DNA of 64,000 nucleotides from a virus (IMGVR_UViG_3300046513_000108:26391-90390); one strand, 5' to 3'. Positions 27,513 through 36,212 are shown, counted from the stretch's first letter. Made by a program: numbers and translations. Notes: generated from the sequence alone by a model not told the origin.

Positions 27513-27709
27513 AGAAAATTATTATTGTAAATAAATCTGATGTAGTTGATGAAGAATTGTTGCTTGCAGCTTTCATGAACGCAATCCCTCACCACAAAGC
27601 AAGCGAGAAAGGTGCTGTGCTACTCTACGAAGGAAAATTTGGCGTTGTTACAAGGAAGAACAAAAACAACGACTCTTTCTATTTCTATAATGTTGAAGAG
27701 AGGGTGTGA
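27509..27709 (+). CDS. hypothetical protein
   Basis: 66 aa; overlaps the upstream stop. Confidence 0.5.
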   Translation: MKKIIIVNKSDVVDEELLLAAFMNAIPHHKASEKGAVLLYEGKFGVVTRKNKNNDSFYFYNVEERV

Positions 27710-27918
27710 TGGCAATCATTGGATTTATCTTATTGTGTGTTGTGCTTCTGTATTTCCTAGCAGTGGCATGTTTTGGAATCTTCTCTGTAGGATTTAGTAT
27801 TGCAATGGGAGGTACAAAGACATATTGGTATTTGGTTCCTATTACCGGATTGCTGCTAGATTTGTGGTTGTTCTGGCTGCTGTTCCAACATGCCCCTTTT
27901 ACTATTTCTCTAATTTGA
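27706..27918 (+). CDS. small membrane protein (2 TM)
   Basis: 70 aa with two hydrophobic helices. Confidence 0.5.
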   Translation: MMAIIGFILLCVVLLYFLAVACFGIFSVGFSIAMGGTKTYWYLVPITGLLLDLWLFWLLFQHAPFTISLI

Positions 27919-27988
27919 TATGGCTGTATTAACAATCAAAGAGCACAAGAGTATAGTATAACGTTTAACAGCTACTAAATACTGTAAT

Positions 27989-28017
27989 TTGACAATACCT
28001 GTTTCACAGATTATAAT
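27989..28017 (+). promoter_or_regulatory. consensus sigma70 promoter
   Basis: TTGACA, 17-nt spacer, TATAAT; both hexamers perfect. Confidence 0.55.
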
Positions 28018-28033
28018 TCTCCTATTAAACAAC

Positions 28034-28063
28034 GAGGGAACCTTTGTGTTCCCTCTTTCTATT
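28034..28063 (+). terminator. hairpin GAGGGAAC-N6-GTTCCCTC with a U-tract; leader attenuator or terminator of the upstream unit
   Basis: perfect 8-bp stem followed by TTTCTATT; sits inside the ORF-track start of the HNH ORF. Confidence 0.4.
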
Positions 28064-28073
28064 GGAGAATACA

Positions 28074-29273
28074 TTGAATCAAGAGAATTATAGGCCACGT
28101 AAATACGTTTTTGAAGTAGGTCAAATATACCCCACAAATCATTGGGGTGAAGTAGAAGTGCTAGATGTTGTAAACTCAAACAATATCAGAATTAAATTTT
28201 TAAATACAGGTAACACCAAATCTTGTCGTAGCTCAGACCTTTCTGCTGGTAATGTCAGAGATGACAAGCTGTACAAGAAACAAGGCAATCCTTCCTCTAT
28301 CCCCTCTCCAGCTAAAGATAAATCATTCATACATGCTGGCACAGTGTTTCTAACAAACTTATATGGAGAGGTTGTAGTTGTAGAGTATGTCAATGGTAAA
28401 AATATTATTATCAAATTTACCAACACAGGTAACATTCAAACAGTTCAAAAAGATGCTTTAAAGAAGGGGCTTGTTCATGATATCAAAGAACGAAATAGGA
28501 TATCTAAGGAGAAAGAAAAACAAAGAAAGCTTTCCTTAAAATTACAAAAGGAAGAAAAGAAGAAAAACACATTAAGAAAGAGGCAGGAAAAGAAAGAGGC
28601 AAAGAAAGCTGAAGCTGTGCAAAAGAGGGCGGAAAAGAGAAAACTTAAAGATGAGGAACTGCTGTCTGTTGTTGGACTAGAGTTTTCTGATAAGTTAGAA
28701 ATGAAATTTTCTATTGTTTCAAGAGATTTGGAGACAGAACTATGCACCATCCGATATGAAGAATCTGGAAACGAGTATGAATTTACGTTCAAAAATATTG
28801 TTGGTGGGCAGTATGACGTATATGATAGGGGTAGTTCTGACTTTGAAAAGAAGTATAAACAATATTCTAAAACACGCTCTGTGAATTGGTACGAAGAGAA
28901 TAGAGAAAGACTTCTAGAAAAAGCTCTTAAGTACCAAAAGGACAATCCTGATAAAGCAAATCATTACAACCGAATCCGTCGAGGTAAGCGTAAAAATACC
29001 GAAGGAACTCACACACAAGAAGAAGTGATTGAATTGCTAGTACAACAAGATAACAAGTGTGCTTGTTGCAACACTTCATTTTTGACAGTGAAAAAACATC
29101 TTGACCACATTCATCCAATCAATCTTGGTGGCAGCAACTGGATTACTAATCTTCAATGGTTGTGTGACTTCTGCAATCTTGTTAAAAATGATTCCCACCC
29201 TGATGTGTGGTTAGAATATAGTCAGTCTGAGGAATTCAAAGAGAGGCGCATGAAAAGACTCTTGACAGTATAA
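28074..29273 (+). CDS. HNH homing-endonuclease-like protein with duplicated N-terminal module
   Basis: C-terminal CACCN…HLDHIHPINLGG…NLQWLCDFCN HNH motif; two N-terminal repeats (YGEVxV…I(R/I)IKF(L/T)NTGN); Lys/Glu-rich linker; TTG start with GGAG RBS chosen because the upstream hairpin overlaps the track start. Confidence 0.65.
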   Translation: MNQENYRPRKYVFEVGQIYPTNHWGEVEVLDVVNSNNIRIKFLNTGNTKSCRSSDLSAGNVRDDKLYKKQGNPSSIPSPAKDKSFIHAGTVFLTNLYGEVVVVEYVNGKNIIIKFTNTGNIQTVQKDALKKGLVHDIKERNRISKEKEKQRKLSLKLQKEEKKKNTLRKRQEKKEAKKAEAVQKRAEKRKLKDEELLSVVGLEFSDKLEMKFSIVSRDLETELCTIRYEESGNEYEFTFKNIVGGQYDVYDRGSSDFEKKYKQYSKTRSVNWYEENRERLLEKALKYQKDNPDKANHYNRIRRGKRKNTEGTHTQEEVIELLVQQDNKCACCNTSFLTVKKHLDHIHPINLGGSNWITNLQWLCDFCNLVKNDSHPDVWLEYSQSEEFKERRMKRLLTV

Positions 29274-29290
29274 AATCTAAACGGTATAAT
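29262..29290 (+). promoter_or_regulatory. consensus sigma70 promoter for the recombinase gene, with a TCTAAACG motif in its spacer
   Basis: TTGACA, 17-nt spacer, TATAAT; both hexamers perfect. Confidence 0.55.
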
Positions 29291-29320
29291 TCCTTCATAA
29301 ATTCACCATTAGGAGTTTGT

Positions 29321-29980
29321 ATGAACATCATTGGGTTGTGCCGTGTTTCCACAGAGGAACAAGGGGAGAGCAGGAACGGGTTAGAGGCCCAACGAAAAGA
29401 GATTGAAGTATGGGCCTCTCAGAACGGATATACAATTGTCTCCATGATTGAAGAAATCACTTCTGGCTCTCTCTCTGTGCAAGATAGACCTGTATTGCAG
29501 TCTGCCCTATCTCTTGCCCGTAAGATGAAATGCAAGATTGTAGTGTCTAAAGTGGACAGGATTAGTAGGGATGCCGCCGTTATTCACAACCTGATGCAGA
29601 AGAAAAAGGTTGTAATTTCTGTTGCGCTCGGAGAACAAGCTGACAGCTTCGTAGAGCATATTTATGCAGGGCTTGCTGAAAAAGAAAGGAAAATGATTGG
29701 AGAGAGGACTAAGGCAGGGTTAGCTGCTGCCAAAGCTCGTGGTGTAGTTTTAGGTAATCGCACCAATCTCCCAGAAGCTCGTAACATTGCTGTAAAAAAT
29801 ATCAAAGCAAAAGCTGATAGGTTTGCTGACAAGCTTCGCCCCACTATCGAACGTATGGTGAGGGACAAAATGAGCTTCAAAGCGATAGCTTCGGAGTTGA
29901 ATGCAGGAGGGACTACGACAGCTAGAGGCGGTTTGTGGTATTCTCAGACGGTTATTAATTTAGTATCCCGCTGGAAATAA
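29321..29980 (+). CDS. small serine recombinase (resolvase/invertase family)
   Basis: N-terminal catalytic motif GLCRVSTEEQ (Ser-10); about 140-aa catalytic domain plus a C-terminal HTH. Confidence 0.85.
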   Translation: MNIIGLCRVSTEEQGESRNGLEAQRKEIEVWASQNGYTIVSMIEEITSGSLSVQDRPVLQSALSLARKMKCKIVVSKVDRISRDAAVIHNLMQKKKVVISVALGEQADSFVEHIYAGLAEKERKMIGERTKAGLAAAKARGVVLGNRTNLPEARNIAVKNIKAKADRFADKLRPTIERMVRDKMSFKAIASELNAGGTTTARGGLWYSQTVINLVSRWK

Positions 29981-29997
29981 CTTAAATTTGTTGTGCA

Positions 29998-30033
29998 AAA
30001 GCCCTTTGGAGAAATCTGAGGGGCTTTTTATTT
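29998..30033 (+). terminator. rho-independent terminator
   Basis: GCCC…GGGGCTTTTTATTTGTGCT; the 3' half is identical to the terminator at 24082. Confidence 0.55.
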
Positions 30034-30371
30034 GTGCTAAATTTTTTATAAAATTTTTTAGAAATCAAGCTATTTCATATAGTGAAAATATCTGTTGTAG
30101 AAATATTTTGTGTTGTTGGTGTGCAACATTTTTTCAGAGTTTTGTGGAAAATGCTCACAGATACGGGAGGGATTTAACAGGATACTTCATTTATGTATTG
30201 TACATTTCTAGCTTTTATAAAATATCAATAGACGTTCAACGATACCCGCTCCAAAGTCCTTCAGAACGCGTCAGATCAACCTGTATTCAACGATCGTTTA
30301 CGCTTCCTTATCACCCTACATGGCCACAACAGAATGCCCCTTAAGCTCTTGATTTCAAATGAGTAAATAAT

Positions 30372-30387
30372 CTAAACGGGCGTTTAG
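30372..30387. promoter_or_regulatory. 16-bp perfect palindrome CTAAACG-GG-CGTTTAG; candidate recombinase or regulator binding site
   Basis: the same 8-mer TCTAAACG recurs at 29276 (forward) and 30563 (reverse). Confidence 0.3.
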
Positions 30388-30732
30388 TTCTTATTCGGTT
30401 AATGGATTCCCTGTGGATAACTGGCCTATCAACCTGATCCTAAAGACCTCTATAGATATAAGCACCTGTAGCTGCGAGGAATGTTGCTTTGGGGACACTA
30501 TGTGTTGATTATTTGCAATAGTGTTGCATAGAAGTAACATTTGGCTGTAACTGTTAAAGAGTCGTTTAGACTGTTACTTATATCCGGTGCCTCTAGCAAG
30601 AAGGAGGTGCAAGTGTTTAATATATAGGTCTTTCCCGATACACACTACATCTAGTTGTTATAGAGAAATGTTGCCTAAATGTAGTAGATACACTATATAA
30701 GCGTACTAGATAGGTTAGTGTGAACAGTATTG

Positions 30733-30773
30733 CACAAAAGAAAAGGGGCATTCCCCGTTAAGAGATATGCCCC
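30733..30773 (-). terminator. rho-independent terminator ending the long minus-strand early unit
   Basis: minus strand GGGGCAT-N15-ATGCCCC followed by TTTTCTTTTG. Confidence 0.5.
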
Positions 30774-30915
30774 TGATAGTGAATCATGCATCTTTTAGCC
30801 AGAACTCGGCATATGTTACAGGGATAAAGCCTATCCTCATGCACCATGCTTTATACGCCATATACACCATAAACTTTTTAGTATTCATAATAAATCCCCC
30901 TTTTAATAATAACAT

Positions 30916-31230
30916 TTAAAGAAATTCAGCAAATGCCCCTATTGCCATCCTAGCAGGCTTAGTCGTGTCGTCTTTAAAACTAATCCTGACATCTCCTTTC
31001 ACGTCCCTTTTAACTATCGCATAGAGCAATCCGCTCTCCTCGTCATACACTTCAGCCATGGATGCTGCCAAACGCTGTTCTACGCTGCCGTAGTCGCCAT
31101 GCTGCATATGTAGATAGGCATTAGCGACAGCCCTGTCTACATCGGATGCACGATTGATCTTTACAGGATTGCGATAATCCTTGAGGACATAATACTTAGT
31201 GGTTACGCTTCTAGCGTTTACAGTGCGCAT
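30916..31230 (-). CDS. hypothetical protein
   Basis: 104-aa ORF; last gene of the minus-strand array. Confidence 0.55.
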   Translation of the reverse strand: MRTVNARSVTTKYYVLKDYRNPVKINRASDVDRAVANAYLHMQHGDYGSVEQRLAASMAEVYDEESGLLYAIVKRDVKGDVRISFKDDTTKPARMAIGAFAEFL

Positions 31231-31234
31231 ATTG

Positions 31235-31435
31235 TTATTCCTCGATTTTATTCAAAAGCTTGTATTGTTTCCACTCTTCAGCAGTCATATAAACCGCATA
31301 CATGTACGGGATAGCCTGTTTCCTTTCCTCGTCTGTTCCATACATCAACATGTTGTAATGCTTTTGGCACAGACCTGTCTCATGAGTAAGGCCCGGAATA
31401 CTCTTGGCTTGTTTGCAACCACAAAGCTTAATCAT
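31235..31435 (-). CDS. hypothetical protein
   Basis: 66 aa, tightly packed. Confidence 0.5.
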   Translation of the reverse strand: MIKLCGCKQAKSIPGLTHETGLCQKHYNMLMYGTDEERKQAIPYMYAVYMTAEEWKQYKLLNKIEE

Positions 31436-31438
31436 GGC

Positions 31439-31759
31439 TTACTCCTCAGAAGAGTATTCTTCCATTCCGAAATTGCGCCTTTCTTCAGGCGTCATTAGTT
31501 CATAGCAATATGCCCATAAATCCCCGTCTTGATATAACGTCCATTTATTCCCGTCTTTGGTGTAGCTGGCGTTATTTAAAACATCTTCCCATTCTTCCCA
31601 ATATTCCTCGTGATCCGGGCCAGCGTTAAGGACTTCTTTAACGTCACTCTTGACGTTCCATTGTGCCATATCGTAATTAATGGCAAAGCGTTGCGGGACA
31701 TAGATACCTTGATTGCCGTCTACCAACAGGACGACAGCAGGGAGAGATTTATTATTCAT
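31439..31759 (-). CDS. hypothetical protein
   Basis: 106 aa. Confidence 0.55.
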   Translation of the reverse strand: MNNKSLPAVVLLVDGNQGIYVPQRFAINYDMAQWNVKSDVKEVLNAGPDHEEYWEEWEDVLNNASYTKDGNKWTLYQDGDLWAYCYELMTPEERRNFGMEEYSSEE

Positions 31760-31997
31760 GATTAAATCCTTTCTTCATAATAACGCTGTAATCGTTCTTT
31801 ACGTCATTCCATTTAGACAGCGTAACGCCATAGGACGGGTTAGGCTTATTCCATGCATCAATGCCCGTGTTAGCAGCCATGTACGCTTTTGTAGCCCGTG
31901 AAAGGCTGTCTCCTAAGTAGATGAGGGAATTCATGCCACAGGGGACCGTTTCTGTGCTGTCATTGCGGTCCACACGGTATTTATTAGTCATTTTCAT
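31752..31997 (-). CDS. hypothetical protein
   Basis: 81 aa, overlaps neighbours. Confidence 0.5.
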   Translation of the reverse strand: MKMTNKYRVDRNDSTETVPCGMNSLIYLGDSLSRATKAYMAANTGIDAWNKPNPSYGVTLSKWNDVKNDYSVIMKKGFNHE

Positions 31998-32176
31998 TTC
32001 CCCTCATTAATCCGTTTGATCAATTCGGACGTTTCAGCATTCCGCTTTGCAATCTGGCATTCGGAATGCGCTGTAAACAGTTTCGTATAATCCGAAGGCT
32101 TGCCGCCGTATTTATCCGCCCTTTCCTTTGCTGAAGGAATGAGAATGACAGGCTTGCCACAAATTGAGCATTTCAT
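31994..32176 (-). CDS. zinc-ribbon protein
   Basis: CSICGKP…HSEC. Confidence 0.5.
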   Translation of the reverse strand: MKCSICGKPVILIPSAKERADKYGGKPSDYTKLFTAHSECQIAKRNAETSELIKRINEGK

Positions 32177-32187
32177 TTTATTCTCCT

Positions 32188-32358
32188 TTAACGACTAGCA
32201 GGAATACCCGCATTGCGTGCTTTAGTGATGGCAATCTGTGCCGAACGATAAGACTTGAAAATCTTACCTATGAAATACCCTGTATCGTCTGTTACGTGGC
32301 ATTCTGGCTTATTGCAATAACCATTTATGTACATGCCGTTATATCTGTGAGTAAACAT
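32188..32358 (-). CDS. small protein (56 aa)
   Basis: GGAGGGAAC RBS; below the track cutoff. Confidence 0.35.
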   Translation of the reverse strand: MFTHRYNGMYINGYCNKPECHVTDDTGYFIGKIFKSYRSAQIAITKARNAGIPASR

Positions 32359-32419
32359 GTTCCCTCCTTAAAATTAAAACATTCGTTAATGCCCCTGAAT
32401 AGAGGCATAGGCTAATGTT

Positions 32420-32788
32420 TTATTCGCCTGTAAACTCTACATAACCGCTACTGCTACCGTACATTTTCAAATACTGTTCTGGCGTAGTGTATTTAACAGG
32501 AATTCCACTAGTTGCCCAATGAGGAGCACCGGTTTTAATAAACTGTTCGGCCTGTTCTTTAGTGATGACTCCCATATCTTTAGCAATCTGCCAGCCTGTA
32601 CCTGTTTGGCGCATTTCTTTGGATGAATAATTACCAGAAAAATCAACACTAAAACACCAACTACCGCCAAAGCTTACAACCTTTACACCTTCCGTATAAA
32701 AGCCATATTCCCCGTTCTTGGCAATATAAACCTTATAACCATAAGATTTTAATTGCTTTGCAATATTCTGAATCAATTCTTTTTTCAT
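32420..32788 (-). CDS. hypothetical protein
   Basis: 122 aa. Confidence 0.55.
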   Translation of the reverse strand: MKKELIQNIAKQLKSYGYKVYIAKNGEYGFYTEGVKVVSFGGSWCFSVDFSGNYSSKEMRQTGTGWQIAKDMGVITKEQAEQFIKTGAPHWATSGIPVKYTTPEQYLKMYGSSSGYVEFTGE

Positions 32789-32791
32789 GAT

Positions 32792-33004
32792 TTATCCCCT
32801 AATCTTAATTGCCACAGCCTGTAATTGAATATGATCCATTCCGCTATTATTCCCATTCCTATAGCGCCGTAACACGGCCTTATCGTCCACAGACAGCCAT
32901 TTAATGCTTTCGGCTTCAACGATGGCGGACATGAGGAAATACTGTCCCATGGCAATAGCGTCTAAGTGTTTGGCAAGAATTCGTTTTTCACTAGGTTTCA
33001 TCAT
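32792..33004 (-). CDS. hypothetical protein
   Basis: 70 aa. Confidence 0.5.
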   Translation of the reverse strand: MMKPSEKRILAKHLDAIAMGQYFLMSAIVEAESIKWLSVDDKAVLRRYRNGNNSGMDHIQLQAVAIKIRG

Positions 33005-33013
33005 AATAATTCC

Positions 33014-33316
33014 TTAGCTGAAGTATTGAGCGACAACTATTTGTTCGCCTTCGTTTACATACTTGACCAATACGCCAGAAAAATATGTATCGTTAAAATA
33101 ACCGTCCCATCCTTTAAGCTCAGTATTGCTGTCTAAGCGCATAAACTCGCCTAAGTGGTAAATCTGTCCTTTATAGCGAAAGAATGACGCGCTATCATTT
33201 CCCTGTTCGATTGCATCCCAATTAAGGTAGTCAAACTCTTTCCGTTCTTGTGGTGTCAATTGGTATGCGTCGATAATGTCACGAGGGACATTGTTAGTTC
33301 TTACAGTGATATTCAT
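33014..33316 (-). CDS. hypothetical protein
   Basis: 100 aa. Confidence 0.5.
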   Translation of the reverse strand: MNITVRTNNVPRDIIDAYQLTPQERKEFDYLNWDAIEQGNDSASFFRYKGQIYHLGEFMRLDSNTELKGWDGYFNDTYFSGVLVKYVNEGEQIVVAQYFS

Positions 33317-33702
33317 GATTTATTCCTTTCCTTAAATTTCCAGCATTCGACGCACTCTAGCTCAATCTCGTAATACCGCTTAAACGCGTCTACAGCCCCG
33401 TAAAGCGCTTTTCTGTCCCCGTCTGGTGTATCAGTGTCAAGGGCATCTATGCGCCTGTCTACAGCCTTGCGATAGCAATCCTCAAAATGGTTTGCATCGG
33501 CTCCTATGTCTGTTGTCTTACCTAACGCTAACGTTACGCGAAAGACATAGCTGTGTGGATTTTGCCCATGTTTCCTAAAGCTTATGCCTACAGGCAAGCC
33601 ATGCTTATTAATCAATTGCATATTGCCTCCTTTTAAAACATTCGTTAATAGGGGCGGTTTATTGCCCCTATTGGCTAATGCTTTATTTTCGCAATTTCTC
33701 AA
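33313..33702 (-). CDS. hypothetical protein
   Basis: 129 aa. Confidence 0.55.
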   Translation of the reverse strand: MRNCENKALANRGNKPPLLTNVLKGGNMQLINKHGLPVGISFRKHGQNPHSYVFRVTLALGKTTDIGADANHFEDCYRKAVDRRIDALDTDTPDGDRKALYGAVDAFKRYYEIELECVECWKFKERNKS

Positions 33703-33868
33703 GGCAGATAGGGCAATTAACCTCTTTAATATTGCGAGTAGTCATTGCATGATATGAACCATTACCACACAAAGGACGAGGAGCTTTCTTATCAAGGCAG
33801 GAAACATGCTTGCCCATCTTATACGCCGCTTCTTCCAATGTCATGCCGTAGTGAGTTAATGTAATCAC
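33683..33868 (-). CDS. Cys-rich small protein
   Basis: 61 aa with CPICLEKL. Confidence 0.4.
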   Translation of the reverse strand: MITLTHYGMTLEEAAYKMGKHVSCLDKKAPRPLCGNGSYHAMTTRNIKEVNCPICLEKLRK

Positions 33869-33879
33869 GATTGCCCCCC

Positions 33880-34860
33880 TTACACCAATTCCAGCGCTTT
33901 AAACATTGCCGCACTCTTAATCTCATCACCTTTACCAAAGAATGCACTATCAAGCTTTGCATCTGCTGTACGGGCCTTATTGTGATGATCTTCCCATTCC
34001 GTTACAGCATTCACCAAACCCCATGCCGTGCCGCGTACACCGGGCATATCGCTGCCCATGCCCCGGCCTTGATAAAGCGACAGGATATCCGCGATTTTGT
34101 TTTTCACTTGTGTTGATTGATCCTCAATTTCGATAATTTCAGGTTTGAACAGCAGCGATTGCAAGAATTCTTTAGCCTTATTATCTTGCATCGTTACATT
34201 GCTCAATGCCTTTGCTGCACCGATGAATTGAGCGAATTGCCCCGTAGCAATGCCAAGTTTATCTTTCATGCCTTGCCCGTCGAATTTCGTTTTATGGGAC
34301 AGGCGAACAATGTTGTTATCTTTGGCTTTCAGAGCCATTGACAGAGTGTTATTGCAAACCACTCGCACAGTGGTAAAGCGTGCTTCTGTTGCCAGCGTTC
34401 CATCAGCCGATGTAGACAGCAGCAGATATCCGCCCACTTCGTCACGGCCGACAATGTTAGCTGATTCCCCGATGCTTGCCAATGCCCACATGCGAGCGCC
34501 ACCGAACAGGGTTCCTGCTGTATGCAGCTTGAAGTCGTTCCCTGCTACAAGATCGCGGAAGAACTCCAATACATCGTGAGGCTGTACCACTTGATAGCGA
34601 TTCGACACAATGCCAAGGGCAGCTTTCGTGTCAGAACGATACAGCACGCGCTTATCATCCATCAGGCCAATGTGCATCATGTCGTCTGTGGTGAACTGAA
34701 CAGGGGATTGATTGATTTTCCAATCCATGCCCGCCGCCACTTGCCATTGCTCAATGGTTGCATTCTCTTCCAGACGTTGGCCCAAACCATGCCAAGCAAC
34801 ATCGCCGACATAAGCCATTTCAGCAAATTTGTTTTCACGAATCGTCAATTGATGTGCCAT
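33880..34860 (-). CDS. DUF945/DUF932-like phage-plasmid-associated protein
   Basis: 326 aa; the N-terminal block …AYVGDVAWHGLGQ… is typical of that family. Confidence 0.5.
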   Translation of the reverse strand: MAHQLTIRENKFAEMAYVGDVAWHGLGQRLEENATIEQWQVAAGMDWKINQSPVQFTTDDMMHIGLMDDKRVLYRSDTKAALGIVSNRYQVVQPHDVLEFFRDLVAGNDFKLHTAGTLFGGARMWALASIGESANIVGRDEVGGYLLLSTSADGTLATEARFTTVRVVCNNTLSMALKAKDNNIVRLSHKTKFDGQGMKDKLGIATGQFAQFIGAAKALSNVTMQDNKAKEFLQSLLFKPEIIEIEDQSTQVKNKIADILSLYQGRGMGSDMPGVRGTAWGLVNAVTEWEDHHNKARTADAKLDSAFFGKGDEIKSAAMFKALELV

Positions 34861-34891
34861 GTTATTTCCCCTTTAAATTGATTGAAATGAA

Positions 34892-35056
34892 TTAGTTAAA
34901 ACGTTCTACAGTGCCCAACAATACATACAGCGCTGCATCAAGCGACCAATTGCGAATTGCCAGATAACGGGCAGCGCATTTAATGCCAAGAGTGCGCTTG
35001 ATGATACGCGCTTGCTCAATTTGAGTTTTCTTTTGTGAATTCAGTTTGGTTTTCAT
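34892..35056 (-). CDS. small basic protein (54 aa)
   Basis: AAAGGAGAG RBS. Confidence 0.35.
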   Translation of the reverse strand: MKTKLNSQKKTQIEQARIIKRTLGIKCAARYLAIRNWSLDAALYVLLGTVERFN

Positions 35057-35123
35057 TTGTTACTCTCCTTTAAAAACATTGCATGTAATAGCGCACGTTG
35101 AAATGCGCTATGGCCTGAAATGT

Positions 35124-35348
35124 TTATTCTTCGGGGAAAGCATCAACCAAAGAATCTTTTGCTGATTCTAGGCTGTCTTTCGAGGATTCAAGGTTGCTAA
35201 TCTTTTCGTATAGCGCCGTCCCCTTGTCGGATTCTTGCCTTGTTTCACTCATGTTATCGTAACGCTCCTGAAGCTTCTCAATTTCAGCTTCCAGCTTTTC
35301 AATAACATCCTCGAAATGTCCAATTTGTTTCTTGAGAAATGCTGTCAT
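35124..35348 (-). CDS. coiled-coil protein
   Basis: 74 aa. Confidence 0.5.
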   Translation of the reverse strand: MTAFLKKQIGHFEDVIEKLEAEIEKLQERYDNMSETRQESDKGTALYEKISNLESSKDSLESAKDSLVDAFPEE

Positions 35349-35424
35349 TTTTGCTTCTCCTTCAGGTTAATAAATTCGGGAACACTCACGTTCAAATGTT
35401 CCCTAGGTTTATTCCCTGCTAGCG

Positions 35425-36082
35425 ATTCATCCCGAATGGCTAGTGTAGTGGGCGCTTATGTCATCCCGACATTAGACGTTTTCCCAAGTAGTGTTTTTTC
35501 CGTCTAGCATCTTAGACGTTTGGCGCTCCCCTTGTTTGTACTGTCATCCCGACAGGGCTACTAAAGGATCAAAGCGGTTTTTGCTCAGTTAGATAGAAGG
35601 AGGATTTAGGGCTGGTAACAAACAACATTAGCGCCATGTCTACTCTACTTCTACTCGTAACCTTGGGGTTTCTTCTGCCCCGCACTACAAAACATCTACT
35701 ACAGGACGAATATTAACCTGTACTACTGTTATGCGCAATACCCTACACAAGAAATTTTCAAATTATTTTTATTGTGTCTCTCTTTGTCCCTCGCGCCTTG
35801 CCTGTACAAGACAGCGCGCCCGCACGCGTAGCAATATCCGTGCCAGCCTGATTTATTGACACTGTATGAAAATACAGCAAAACGCGATAGAGGCGTTTTT
35901 TAGGTATGGTTGATACCGTGCCATACCCTGCTGTGGATAACCTCCTGTATCCCCCTTAAAACGCGTCCTATTGGATGCCATTGTGGATAACTTCAGAGGA
36001 AAAATGAGTGTTTTTGAACGTTTTATGTAAATGCCTCTGTATGTCTCATGTAAATTTACATGAAATTTTATGGTTATCCACA
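35425..36082. promoter_or_regulatory. regulatory hub or candidate origin: three DnaA boxes (35932-35940, 35982-35990, 36074-36082), three ATCCC-loop mini-hairpins (35425-35437, 35459-35471, 35542-35554), a GGTATGG/CCATACC inverted repeat and a CATGTAAATTTACATG palindrome (36046-36061)
   Basis: direct reading of an 860-bp non-coding gap. Confidence 0.4.
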
Positions 36083-36212
36083 GGCTGAAATGAGGAGGAA
36101 ATGGGGGAATGTGCTTAGGAATCAATGGGTTAAGTCTTATACATCTATACTGGTAAGACATGTATAAGATAGAGGAGTGGTCATATAGAGGACATGGACA
36201 AAATGATAATTT

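Noticed and set aside
28044-28073. track start of the HNH ORF at 28044
   Set aside because: It lies inside a perfect 8-bp hairpin with a U-tract. TTG 28074 with a GGAG RBS is preferred.
29988-30344. 118-aa plus ORF in the non-coding zone
   Set aside because: It starts inside the terminator, has no RBS and is AT-rich low-complexity. The region is better explained as regulatory or recombination DNA.
33880-34860. DUF945-like protein as a replication initiator
   Set aside because: The family is of unknown function. Proximity to the DnaA-box hub is suggestive, but there is no motif evidence.
35853-36161. 102-aa minus ORF
   Set aside because: It lies across the DnaA boxes and palindrome, and has no RBS.
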